Shown: positions 1 through 11,776 of the stretch, piece after piece
Layout of the letters: the number at the start of each line of letters is the position of its first letter
Numbering within the stretch: the first letter of the stretch is position 1
Assembly (NCBI RefSeq): GCF_006345805.1
Contig: NC_043002.1
Coordinates: forward strand, 86,428,001 to 86,492,000
Reading direction: 5' to 3'
DNA from: Octopus sinensis
Taxonomy: Eukaryota
DNA length: 64,000 nucleotides
Translations under genes and position numbers: made by a program
Notes under the pieces: generated by a model
Seen by the model: the letters and a program-made list of their open reading frames with translations, nothing else
Database searches by the model: none
What the model was told of the DNA's origin: nothing

Positions 1-376
1 CCAGGGACTATAATTAACTGCAGAATGAAGACTTTCGGGCCATGTTTGCATTTTAGGAGATTTTGGGAACGGCAAGATGGTTGCACAGCCGGAAGTTGAG
101 AGCTAATGGGAGAGGGAGATAATGCCTTATTGTTTACCCTCAGAGTTGAATGATGGCAGTACAGCCGGAAGTTAATAGCCATTAGCAAAGGGAGGTAATC
201 CCCTTGTTTACATCTGCCTTTCTACTGAGACTGCTTGCCTCCATATTTTAAATAGGTCTTGGGGTCTGATATGTCATAATGTTAAACTCTTAACCCAGCC
301 CTCACCAGGAAAAATACAGACTGCTCTACTTTTTAAAGTGTGCTTCTTCTCCAGATTTATGTTTTTCTAAAAAACG

Positions 377-411
<35 letters not shown>

Positions 412-452
412 TATATATATATATATATATAACATATATATATATATATATA

Positions 453-2760
453 CTTTAGATGAGATGCAGTTTGGGTTCGTGCCAGGAAAAAGTACCACTG
501 ATGCTATATTCCTGGTAAGGCAGCTGCAGGAGAAATACCTAGCCAAAGATAAGCCCCTGTACCTAGCTTTCGTTGACATGGAGAAAGCTTTTGATAGGGT
601 CCCCCGATCCCTTATCTGGTGGTCAATGAGGAAACTAGGGATAGATGAATGGCTGGTGAGGACTGTGCAAGCCATGTACAGAGATGCCGTAAGTAAGGTT
701 AGGGTTGGCAACATGTACACAGAAGAATTCAAAGTAGAGGTTGGGGTCCACCAGGGTTCAGTACTCAGCCCCCTCCTATTTATCATAGTACTCCAGGCAA
801 TTACGGAGGAATTCAAGACAGGCTGTCCCTGGGAGCTCCTCTACGCTGACGACTTGCTCTATTGCTGAGTCACTATCAGAACTGGAGGAGAAGTTCCAGG
901 TGTGGAAGCGGTTTAGAATCAAGGGGCCTTAGAGTCAACCTAGCTAAAACCAAAGTACTAATAAGTAGAAAGGTAGACAATCCACAAATATCTTCAGGAA
1001 GATGGCCCTGCTCGATCTGTAGAAAAGGTGTAGGTAGAAACTCTATAAGATGTACCAGTGTAAGGCTATGGACACATAAGAGGTGCAGCAATGTCAAAGG
1101 TAGGCTAACTGGGAACATAGTTTTTGTATGTGGCAGATGCTCGGGAGCATTAACCTCCGAAAATCTGCAGAAAACAAATTCCGTCACTTTCCAGGGGGAA
1201 AAACTAGAAGTAGTTGATAGCTTCCGTTATCTAGGTGACCAAGTCAGTAGTGGGGGTGGGTGCGCTGAAAGTGTAACGCTAGAATAAGAATAGCCTGGGC
1301 AAAGTTTAGGGAGCTCTTACCTCTGCTGGTGACTAAAGGCCTCTCGCTCAGAGTAAAAGGCAGACTGTGATGATGCGTGTGTACGAACAGCCATGCTACA
1401 TGGCAGCGAAACATGGGCCTGTGATGCTGAGGACATGCGTAAGCTCGTGAGGAATGAAGCCAGTATGCTCCGATGGATGTGTAATGTCAGTGTACATACT
1501 CGACAGAGCGTTAGCACCTTGAGAGAAAGTTGTACCTAAGAAGCATCAGTTGTGTGTGCAAGAGAGACGATTGCGCTGGTATGGTCATGTGGCGAGAATG
1601 GATGAAGATAGGTGTGTGAGAAAGTGCCAATCCCTAGCAGTTGAGGGAACCCGTGGAAGAGTAGACCCAGGAAAACCTGGGACGAGGTGGTGAAGCACGA
1701 CCTTCGAACTTTAGGCCTCACTGAGGAAATGACCAGAGACCGAGACCTTTGGAAATATTCTGTACGTGAGAAGACCAGGCAGGACAAGTGAGCCCAGCCA
1801 CTTATGAATGCCTTTCCTCCCTTGGACACAAAGACCGGTTGAGGCAAGCGAAGTCGATATAGAACCTCATCCGACGACAGACACCCATCCCAACCCCCCA
1901 TGCTTGCGAAGACATGTTGGGGCAAGCGAAATCGAAATCGAAATCGAAACCAATGAACCAGCCAGGATCCCTGGCCTGGTGGTACGTAAAAAGCACTATC
2001 CGACTCGGGGCCGTGGCACGTAAAATACTCCAATGCGACGTACGACAGGCACCCATGCCAACCCCCTTTGCTTGTGAAGACATGTTGGGGCAAGCGAAAT
2101 CGAAATCGAATTGAACCAGCCAGGATCCCTGGTCTGGTGGTACGTAAAGCACTATCCGACTCGTGGCCGTGGCACGTAAAATACTCCAATGCGACCGTAC
2201 GACAGGCACCCTTGCCAACCCCCTTTGCTTGTGAAGACATGTTGGGGCAAGCGAAATCGAAATCGAAATGAATGAACCAGCCAGTATCCCTGGTCTGGTG
2301 GTACGTAAAGCACTATCCGACTCGTGGCCGTGGCACGTAAAATACTCCAATGCGACCGTACGACAGGCACCCTTGCCAACCCCTTTGCTTGTGAAGACAT
2401 GTTGGGGCAAGCGAAATCGAAATCGAATTGAACCGCCAGGATCCCTGGTCTGGTGGTACGTAAAAAGCACTATCCGACTCGTGGCCGATGCCAGCACCGC
2501 CTCGACTGGCTTCCGTGCCGGTGGCACATAAAATACACAATCTGACCGTGGCCGTTGCCAGCCCCGCCTGGCACCTGTGCAGGTGGCACGTAAAAAGCAC
2601 CCACTACACTCACGGAGTGGTGGCGTTAGGAAGGGCATCCAGCTGTAGAACATTGCCAAATTAGACTGGAGCCTGGTGCAGCCTTCTGGCTTCCCAGAAC
2701 CCCGGTCGAAACCGTCAACCCATGCTAGCATGGAGAACGGACGTTAAACGACGATGATGA
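453..2760 (+). mobile_element. RTE-clade LINE, 5'-truncated (RT to 3' tail), copy 1 of a tandem pair
   Basis: Translates to LDEMQFGFVPGKSTTDAIF..FVDMEKAFDRV..GVHQGSVLSPLLF..LLYADD..SFRYLG..RLRWYGHV..GRPRKTW, stop about 1789-1791. Long 3'UTR with tandem modules, (GAT)n tail, inserted in a (TA)n tract. Frameshifts are 1-bp indels. Confidence 0.93.
1870..2480 (+). repeat. Tandem ~158-168 bp modules in RTE 3'UTR (copy 1)
   Basis: GACATGTTGGGGCAAGCGAAATCGAAATCG recurs at 1911, 2079, 2236, 2396. Confidence 0.9.
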
Positions 2761-2796
2761 TATATACACATATATACATATATATATATATATATA

Positions 2797-5101
2797 CTTT
2801 AGATAGATGCAGTTTGGGTTCGTGCCAGGAAAAAGTACCACTGATGCTATATTCCGGTAAGGCAGCTGCAGGAGAAATACCTAGCCAAAGATAAGCCCCT
2901 GTACCTAGCTTTCGTTGACATGGAGAAAGCTTTTGATAGGGTCCCCCGATCCTTATCTGGTGGTCAATGAGGAAACTAGGGATAGATGAATGGCTGTGGG
3001 ACTGTGCAGCCATGTACAGAGATGCCGTAAGTAAGGTTAGGGTTGGCAACATGTACACAGAAGAATTCAAAGTAGAGGTTGGGGTCCACCAGGGTTCAGT
3101 ACTCAGCCCCCTCCTATTTATCATAGTACTCCAGGCAATTACGGAGGAATTCAAGACAGGCTGTCCCTGGGAGCTCCTCTACGCTGACGACCTTGCTCTT
3201 ATTGCTGAGTCCTATCAGAACTGGAGGAGAAGTTCCAGGTGTGGAAGGAGGGTTTAGAATCAAGGGGCCTTAGAGTCAACCTAGCTAAAACCAAAGTACT
3301 AATAAGTAGAAAGGTAGACAATCCACAAATATCTTCAGAAGATGGCCCTGCTCGATCTGTAGAAAAGGTGTAGGTAGAAACTCTATAAGATGTACCCAGT
3401 GTAAGCTATGGACACATAAGAGGTGCAGCAATGTCAAAGGTAGGCTAACTGGGAACATAGTTTTTGTATGTGGCAGATGCTCGGGAGCATTAACCTCCGA
3501 AAATCTGCAGAAAACAAATTCCGTCACTTTCCAGGGGGAAAAACTAGAAGTAGTTGATAGCTTCCGTTATCTAGGTGACCAAGTCAGTAGTGGGGGTGGG
3601 TGCGCTGAAAGTGTAACTGCTAGAATAAGAATAGCCTGGGCAAAGTTTAGGGAGCTCTTACCTCTGCTGGTGACTAAAGGCCTCTCGCTCAGAGTAAAAG
3701 GCAGACTGTATGATGCGTGTGTACGAACAGCCATGCTACATGGCAGCGAAACATGGGCTGTGACTGCTGAGGACATGCGTAAGCTCGTGAGGAATGAAGC
3801 CAGTATGCTCCGATGGATGTGTAATGTCAGTGTACATACTCGACAGAGCGTTAGCACCTTGAGAGAAATGTTGTACCTAAGAAGCATCAGTTGTGGTGTG
3901 CAAGAGAGACGATTGCGCTGGTATGGTCATGTGGCGAGAATGGATGAAGATAGGTGTGTGAGAAAGTGCCAATCCCTAGCAGTTGAGGGAACCCGTGGAA
4001 GAGGTAGACCCAGGAAAACCTGGGACGAGGTGGTGAAGCCGACCTTCGAACTTTAGGCCTCACTGAGGAAATGACCAGAGACCGAGACCTTGGAAATATT
4101 CTGTACGTGAGAAGACCAGGCAGGAAAGTGAGCCCAGCCCACTTATGAATGCCTTTCCTCCCTTGGACACAAAGACCGGTTGAGGCAAGCGAAGTCGATA
4201 TAGAACCTCATCCGACGACAGACACCATCCCAACCCCCCATGCTTGCGAAGACATGTTGGGGCAAGCGAAATCGAAATCGAAATCGAAACCGAATTGAAC
4301 CAGCCAGGATCCCTGGCCTGGTGGTACGTAAAAAGCACTATCCGACTCGGGGCCGTGGCACGTAAAATACTCCAATGCGACCGTACGACAGGCACCCATG
4401 CCAACCCCCTTTGCTTGTGAAGACATGTTGGGGCAAGCGAAATCGAAATCGAATTGAACCAGCCAGGATCCCTGGTCTGGTGTACGTAAAGCACTATCCG
4501 ACTCGTGGCCGTGGCACGTAAATATACTCCAATGCGACCGTACGACAGGCACCCTTGCCAACCCCCTTTGCTTGTGAAGACATGTTGGGGCAAGCGAAAT
4601 CGAAATCGAATTGAACCCACAGTATCCCTGGTCTGGTGGTACGTAAAGCACTATCCGACTCGTGGCCGTGGCACGTAAAATACTCCAATGCGACCGTACG
4701 ACAGGCACCCTTGCCAACCCCCTTTGCTTGTGAAGACATGTTGGGGCAAGCGAAATCGAAATCGAATTGAACCAGCCAGATCCCTGGTCTGGTGGTACGT
4801 AAAAAGCACTATCCGACTCGTGGCCGATGCCAGCACCGCCTCGACTGGCTTCCGTGCCGGTGGCACATAAAATACACCAATCTGACCGTGGCCGTTGCCA
4901 GCCCCGCCTGGCACCTGTGCAGGTGGCACGTAAAAAGCACCCACTACACTCACGGAGTGGTTGGCGTTAGGAAGGGCATCCAGCTGTAGAAACATTGCCA
5001 AATTAGACTGGAGCCTGGTGCAGCCTTCTGGCTTCCCATAACCCCGGTCGAACCGTCCAACCATGCTAGCATGGAGAACGGACGTTAAACGACGATTGAT
5101 G
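2797..5101 (+). mobile_element. RTE-clade LINE, 5'-truncated, copy 2 of the tandem pair
   Basis: Same truncation point (CTTTAGAT..ATGCAGTTTGGG), same RT motifs, stop about 4129-4131, same 3'UTR and tail; period about 2344 bp. Confidence 0.93.
4210..4820 (+). repeat. Tandem ~156-171 bp modules in RTE 3'UTR (copy 2)
   Basis: Same motif at 4251, 4422, 4579, 4735. Confidence 0.9.
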
Positions 5102-5155
5102 ATATATACACACATATACATATATACACACACACATGCACACACACACACACAT

Positions 5156-5213
<58 letters not shown>

Positions 5214-5693
5214 GCACATACATACATATATATATATGAAAATATAAAAGAGTACACAATGTACTTTTTACATGGCACATCACTAGTGCTTTTCATGTGG
5301 CATCTTGGTTTTAGGATCTCAATTCTATTGTGGTAGGCAGATCTTCCTGAGAACAGCAATGTGCCACATATCTCATCTATATACATAACCCTTAAACTTA
5401 ACCTAAGCCTAACTTAGTTCTAACACTAACCCTCACCCTAACCTATATATATATATATATAAATTATTCAGATGACTATAATTCTGCCACAACCACCAGA
5501 TATTATATAATTGTTTCTATGCAATATTGTTCTGTAAACTATACAGAATCATAGGAGCTCTCCAAAATTTTCAATTGTGTTTTCTTTGAAAACCAAGAAT
5601 TCCTAATGATAAGAACTATTAGATTCAACAGTCAAAATAGAAAATACCTATTAATGTTGTTGTTGTTGTTGTTATGGTTATTTTCTTTACCAG

Positions 5694-5796
5694 GATACAC
5701 TAGCCAAGGAAAGAGAGTCTGAAGATGTTATAAAGTCCACTGAGAAACTTGAAAAAATACTACTGCAACTTAAAAGAGAGGTTTTGAATGCAAAAG
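5694..5796 (+). CDS. Gene 1 (coiled-coil protein), third-last coding exon, 103 nt, phase 0->1
   Basis: ttttctttaccag|GAT...AAAG|gtaggt; DTLAKERESEDVIKSTEKLEKILLQLKREVLNAK; splices in frame to 13237. Confidence 0.85.
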
Positions 5797-6042
5797 GTAG
5801 GTAAAAATTTGTCAGTGTGTTGTCATTGTAAGTTACTACTACTATTATGATGACGACAACAACAACAACAACAACTACTACTACTACTACTACTACTACA
5901 GTTGTTGCCATTGCCAAAGGACTACTTGAGCCATCTAGTTGTTGGTCTCCTACAAGGTTTCCTTCAAAACAGAACAACATGCAATTCTGTCCAGAGGCCC
6001 CAGGAGATGTTGACATCCTTGATACGTGTGTGTGTGTGTGTG

Positions 6043-6081
<39 letters not shown>

Positions 6082-6364
6082 TGTGTGTTGTATTTGTCCC
6101 TCATTACTTCTTGACAAGTGGTGCTGGTTTGTTTACACCCCCATAACTTAGCAGCACAATAAAAGACACTGATAGAATAAGTACCAGGCTTAAAAATATA
6201 AGTAGTGGGCTTGATTAGCTTGACTAAACTTTTCAAGGCAGTGCTCCAGCATAGCTGGAATCCAATGATTGAAACATGTGGAAGAGAAAAGATAAAAGAT
6301 TACCATATAGGTGCAGTCGTTACTGTGTGGTAAGAAGATTGCTTCTCAACTACTTGGTTCTGAG

Positions 6365-6582
6365 TTCATGGTGCAAACGGGAGTCCAGATGGCCTCTGTG
6401 CAAGGACAATCCGAACACAGACAGGTGTTGCAAGGAGTGACCGGTGGAGTGGAAATGGCGTGAGACCAGGGTGTCATTGCCGAAGCAGATGTCTCAGAGG
6501 TGTTCCGCGAACCGGTCAACCAAGCGGCATCCTGTTTGTCCGATGTACAGGGAATGGCAGAGAGAGCAGGAGATGCAATAGA

Positions 6583-6585
<3 letters not shown>
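6365..6585 (-). mobile_element. Penelope-like element remnant (GIY-YIG endonuclease fragment)
   Basis: IYCISCSLCHSLYIGQTGCRLVDRFAEHL*..VSRHFHSTGHSL matches the PLE GIY-YIG pattern (YIGxTxRxLxxRxxEH). Confidence 0.8.
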
Positions 6586-6636
<51 letters not shown>

Positions 6637-6744
6637 GACAGACTCCTTTTAGTTTCCATCTACCAAATCTATTCACAATGCCTTGGTTAGCCTGAGGCTA
6701 CAGTAGAAGACATTTGCCCCAGGTGTAAAATGTTTACAAAATAC

Positions 6745-7050
6745 TAATATAAGTAGATTATAGATTTATTATTTAATTCAAAGCAAAAATACCAAAGGTC
6801 CTTCATGGGCCAGAAGCTCATAAGGCCAGTTTCCAGGATTCTGTGGTGTAAATATTACAACCCAGGATGAGATGTTAGTCCATCACAGGAATACTTATTT
6901 GCAAGCTGAGTGAACTGTAGCTACATGAAATGAAGTGTTTTGCTCAAAAACACAACTCATTGCCCAGTTCAGGAATCAAAACCATAATCTTATGATCATG
7001 AGTTCAACACCCTAAGAAACTATGCCACATGCCTCCTCATAAGTTAATTA
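6745..7050 (-). mobile_element. tRNA-derived SINE (family B) with flanks, locally duplicated at 10593-10900
   Basis: Reverse complement of the family seen at 63248-63500; shares flanks and diagnostic variants with the 10593-10900 copy. Confidence 0.75.
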
Positions 7051-7593
7051 CTGTATATATATATATGATTTGAGATTTTATATTGTATATCTATAAGCAT
7101 TTTGACTTTTAAATATGAAATATAGGAATACATCTTGGCTTTTTCATCAGAATTTTGATAAATATTTGTATTCAATCTTAACTATTCCCATTATATTGTT
7201 ATATCAGCTTAACATTCATGTCTGATTGAGCCAGTTGCCACAGTAACTACCACCACCAACACCACCACCACAACCTCTACCATAGCATATTTAGACTAAT
7301 AATTTCAGCTTCTCCAATGATTCTTTATAGTGCTGCCCACTCTATCTGTTTGAAGAAGTCTAATGACAGGCTGAAGACATAATTAATTTAAACAAAGCCA
7401 TAATATCCATAATTAAATTTGTGTTGATATATTTAATGTGGTCAGTTTGAAAAATTTAATTAGAAATGACTAAAGTTATTTTTTAAATTTTTGCCAATTA
7501 TTCTGGCTCTTTATGTGCTGAGTCCAAATCCTGTCTAGGTGAATTTTTGCCTTGTATCACCAAAGGGCCTATATATTAAGCCACCAGCCAAGA

Positions 7594-9602
7594 GTGCTAT
7601 GTCTTTTTGTCCAACATCACATTGTCAAACTTCTTTTTGTCCACATCTTTTGGTCCAATGTCTTTTTGTCCAATGATTTTTTTTGTCCAATCTTTTGTCC
7701 AATTTTAAATAAACTCTTTAGAAAAGGTGAAAATCTCTAATGATATTTCACAGAACTATAATGAGCCTCGCTGTAAGATTGTTATTATCATTCTTTTTCC
7801 TTCTCTGTTAACAGTTTTACTTTCTCATTTACTTTCACTCCCTTTAGTATGGTACTGTATGTAGAGAGTGCTGCAAATTTAGTGTACATATTTTTAATTT
7901 ACCCATCCCGAAATAACAAAGTTCATAGTATCGACCAAAAACAAAAGAAAAGTAGTTGATGAAAGTAATTACATCTACGATTTTCATTCAAGAAATACAA
8001 AACTAGGAAAAGATTACTGGAAATGTGAGAAAAGAAGGCTATGTTCAGTGTGAATTTACATGGTAACGGAAAACAATGAACCAAAAATTATTTATTTTTC
8101 TAGTGAGCACCTTCATCCATCTGGTGTAGATTTGTTAAATGCTAGAAAGCAGATGCAGAAATAAAGCATAGGGTGGTGGAAAACATAGCAGCAAGTTCAC
8201 GTAGCATGATAGCAGTTAAGTTTACACAGCTGACAGAAGAGAATTGCTCTCAACTTCCTCATTTGCCTGTACTTTCAAGGACTATTCAAAGGTGCCAACA
8301 AAAAATTCTGGATTTCCCACTAATCCAGGGGCTAGAACTGGTTTTGAAATACCTGAAGAATATTGTAATGCTGATAATGGTGAACAGTTTCTGAGATACG
8401 ATTCAGGTATCAAGGATCAACAGTGCATACAAGTATTTGCATCAGAAAGTGCTCTTCGGGATATAGCATCATATCGAGTTTGGACATTTGATGGAACATT
8501 CAAAATTATGCCAGAACAGTGGTTTCAACTGTTTAGCATTCATGTACAAGTTAAATGTAGCAGTTTCCCCCAGGTCTTTGCATTACTGCTGAATAAAACA
8601 AAGAAGACATGAATTATTTTTCGAGCAATTGAAAATTATGTAACCTATTGCATATCTGCTAGATCTCATGGCAGATTTCCAAGTTGCAGTTCATAAAACA
8701 TTTAATTCATCATTCCCTAATTCACCTGTTGTGGCATGTTTGTTTCATTTGAACCTGTCAGTATTTCGAAAAATTACAGATTTAGACATCAAAGAAAAAT
8801 ACAATAAGGATTCTGAATTCTGTCTTAAAATTCGACGTTTTTCAGCATTAGCCTTCCTACCCATTGAAGATGTAGAAGAGGCCTATGAAAAATTAATTGA
8901 CAATGAAGAAATACCTGCTGAATTTATCGCCTACTTCATCTTGACTTACATAGGCATTGTGAGAGGACGTGGTGCTAGATGAAGGAGAGAACCACCTACA
9001 TTCCCGATAGCTGTATGGAATGTTAATCAATGTATTCTTCAAGATCTTCTCAGAACAAATAATGCTGCAGAGGGATTTCATTCTGTGATAAGGCATTTGG
9101 TAGGCGGAGCACATTTGAATATTTGGAAATTAATCAAAATTCTGAAGAAAGAGGAAGGGTTCGTTCAGGGTAAGATGACTCAAATTCTTCGAGGAGATCC
9201 GTCAAATTCATGTACACGATATCGTAGAATAACTGACTGCCTCAAAAGATTTGTCATTGAATATGGGTCAACTAGAAAAATTGATTTTTTGAAGAGTGTG
9301 GCATATAATTTGCATCAATTTTAAGTAATCATAATAAATCATCAGTTATATCATATTACTTTTTTAAAATGACTTTTTTTTCAAATACATTTTTCCACAG
9401 TATTTTACTTGAATCCTATCAATAAGATTCTCAATGATTATTTGGTTTTGATATTTTCTAAACTTGTTTTCTAAAGAGTTTATTTAAAATTGGACAAAAT
9501 GTTGTTAGACAAAACATCATCAGACAAAAAGACGTCAGACCAAAAGGTGTGGACGAAGTAATGTTGGACAAAAAGTGACATCAGACGAAGAGTTGGGTCA
9601 TG
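7594..9602 (+). mobile_element. Mutator/MULE DNA transposon, decayed, inserted into a SINE
   Basis: 9-bp TSD CAGCCAAGA at 7585-7593 and 9603-9611; imperfect ~130-bp TIRs built of TTGTCC(A) subrepeats with a near-identical inner core TTTGTCCAATTTTAAATAAACTCTTT. Confidence 0.9.
7905..9324 (+). pseudogene. FLYWCH + MULE DDE transposase, disrupted
   Basis: YIY..DYWKC..C..HxH (FLYWCH-like), WTFDGTFK, MADF..ACLFHL, RTNNAAEGFHS; in-frame stops and frameshifts. Confidence 0.88.
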
Positions 9603-9644
9603 CAGCCAAGAACTGATAGTATTGATTAACTCCTATCACTTTAG

Positions 9645-9910
9645 TGGAGGCACATGGCCTAGTGGTTAGAGTAGTGGACTCGCGGTCGCCAAATCGCGGG
9701 TTCAAATCTCAGACCGGATGATGTGTGTGTTTATGAGCGAAACACCTAAGCTCCACGCAGCTCTGGCAGAAGGTAATGGCGAAACTTCTGCTGACTCTTT
9801 CGCCACAACTTTCTCTCACTCTTTCCTCCTGCATCTTGCAGCTCACCTGCAATGGACTAGGGAAACCAGCCCTTAAGAGCCAGGGATGGCTCGAGAAGGA
9901 ACAAACAACT
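9645..9910 (+). mobile_element. tRNA-derived SINE
   Basis: A-box-like TGGCCTAGTGG and B-box-like GGTTCAAATC head; tail GGCTCGAGAAGGAACAAAC shared with family B. Confidence 0.75.
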
Positions 9911-10159
9911 CCTATCACTTTACATTACTGGCCTTGTGTGTAAGTCAGATTGGATGAGAGTACTGTAGAGTGGGAAGTAGCTTTATGCTAGGTGTTGAGA
10001 GGTTAAAGTATGAGAGAAGAGACAGCCACAGATTGCTTGCTGTAGATGAGATGCTTGACCACTTCATATCACATTACATAAGGATGGTAAGGCATAATAT
10101 ATGGATATACACAATATATTTATACATACATGTATGTGTGTGTGTGTAGATATGTATGT

Positions 10160-10410
10160 GAGGAGGTTCAAGGCTTAGTAATTAGGGTATCATACTCATG
10201 ATCACAAGATTGTGGTTTCAATCCCTGGACTTAATGATGCATTGTATTCTTGAGCAAAACACTTCATTTCACATTGCTCCCATCCGCTCAATAGAAAAAA
10301 TGAATAATCCTGCTGATAGACTGGCTTCCCTTCCATGTGGGTAATATATAGATCACAGAATCCTGAAAACCAGCCTTATGAACCTATGGCTCGGGAAGGA
10401 CCTTTGATCC
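10160..10410 (+). mobile_element. SINE family B
   Basis: GGCTTAGT..GGTTTCAATCCC head, TCTTGAGCAAAACACTTCATTTCACATTGCTCC core, GGCTCGGGAAGG tail. Confidence 0.7.
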
Positions 10411-10592
10411 TTTTTGATACACCTTTATCTTTTACCTTTTACTTGTTTCAGTCACTAGACTGTGGCCATGCTGGGGCACTGACTTGAAGAATTTTTATAT
10501 AACATCAGCAACTGCAAGATCACAGTATGAAAAGCTGCTGCAAATTGATGATGAAGACTTATACACACACACAAACACACACATAAGTATAT

Positions 10593-10900
10593 TAATATAA
10601 GTAGATTATAGAGTTATTATTTAATTCAAAGCAAAATTACCAAAGGTCCTTCATGGGCCAGAAGCTCATAAGACCAGTTTCCAGGATTCCATGGCGTATA
10701 TATTACACCCCAGGATGGGATGCTAGTCTATCACAGGAATACTCATTCGCAAGCTGAGTGAACTGTAGCAACATGAAATGAAGTGTTTTGCTCAAGAACA
10801 CAACTCATTGCCCAGTCCAGGAATCAAATGCATAATCTTATGATCATGAGTTCATCACCCTAAGAAACTATGCCACATGCCTCTACATAAGCTGACAACT
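10593..10900 (-). mobile_element. SINE family B with flanks (duplicate of 6745-7050)
   Basis: Direct repeat including non-SINE flanks. Confidence 0.75.
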
Positions 10901-10912
10901 GCAGAAATATAT

Positions 10913-10944
<32 letters not shown>

Positions 10945-11053
10945 AAATAATAAAGGTGAAAAATTGAATATTAATTTGATTAATATCAATTTAAAACCAA
11001 TGGTCTCACATATTGAGAAATCTGAAGTTTCAGAGAAAAGTATATTACATACA

Positions 11054-11177
11054 TATAAGTGGGATGACCTGTAAGTGGACATCCATTATGCTAGAAGAAG
11101 ATCCGCTATGGCCTTACCACTAAGAAAAGAAGCGGATCTTCTAGCATAATGGATGTCCACTTACAGGTCATCCCTCT

Positions 11178-11181
<4 letters not shown>
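11054..11181. repeat. Inverted repeat, ~51-54 bp arms, 23-nt loop
   Basis: GGGATGACCTGTAAGTGGACATCCATTATGCTAGAAG..ATCCGCT and its reverse complement from 11131. Confidence 0.9.
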
Positions 11182-11210
<29 letters not shown>

Positions 11211-11220
11211 TATTATATAT

Positions 11221-11570
11221 ATATATAAAATTAGTAAAAAACCACCTTTTATCAATTCAAAATGAACAATTAAATTACACAATCTAGAAAATTACATATA
11301 ATAGAAAAGTTAAAATTAAAATAATAATAAAATGTAAAGAATAAGTAAATTGCAAAAATAATAATAATAAAAACGTATATAATATATAATATATATATTA
11401 TATACGTTTTTTTTTTTTTTCTTATTATTTTTGCAATTTAGTTATTCTTTACATTTTATTATTATTTTAATTTTAACTTTTCTATTATATGTAATTTTCT
11501 AGATGGTGTAATTTAATTGTTCATCTTGAATTGATAAAAGGTGGTTTTTTTCAAAATTTTTATATATATA
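11221..11570. repeat. AT-rich near-perfect palindrome, ~165-bp arms
   Basis: AAAACCACCTTTTATCAATTCAA...AAACGTATA mirrored about ~11390; the left-arm sequence recurs unpaired at ~25255-25410. Confidence 0.9.
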
Positions 11571-11776
11571 TTATATTGTGTGAAATTTGATTTAGTATTT
11601 CTAAATTGAATTTTTTTCCTTGTAAGTTTGGATTTTATTCCCTCAAATAATAATTATATATATATATATGTATGCATGCATGTATGTATGTATGTATATA
11701 TACACGTTTGTTTTTAGTCAGTGGTATCTGTTTACTGCCCAGTGAACTGAACTGAGCTATTTCAGATTTAAGTACT

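Noticed and set aside
84-215. Imperfect ~50-bp direct repeat (ACAGCCGGAAGTT...TTGTTTA) at the window start
   Set aside because: Probably part of a repeat element truncated by the window edge; cannot be classified from the sequence shown.
1870-2480. Regularly spaced repeats superficially like a CRISPR array
   Set aside because: Whole ~160-bp units repeat with no unique spacers; they lie in a LINE 3'UTR in eukaryotic DNA and there are no cas genes.
5385-5443. Degenerate CCCTAA telomere-like repeats
   Set aside because: Only about 60 bp with few exact units; insufficient to call an interstitial telomere.
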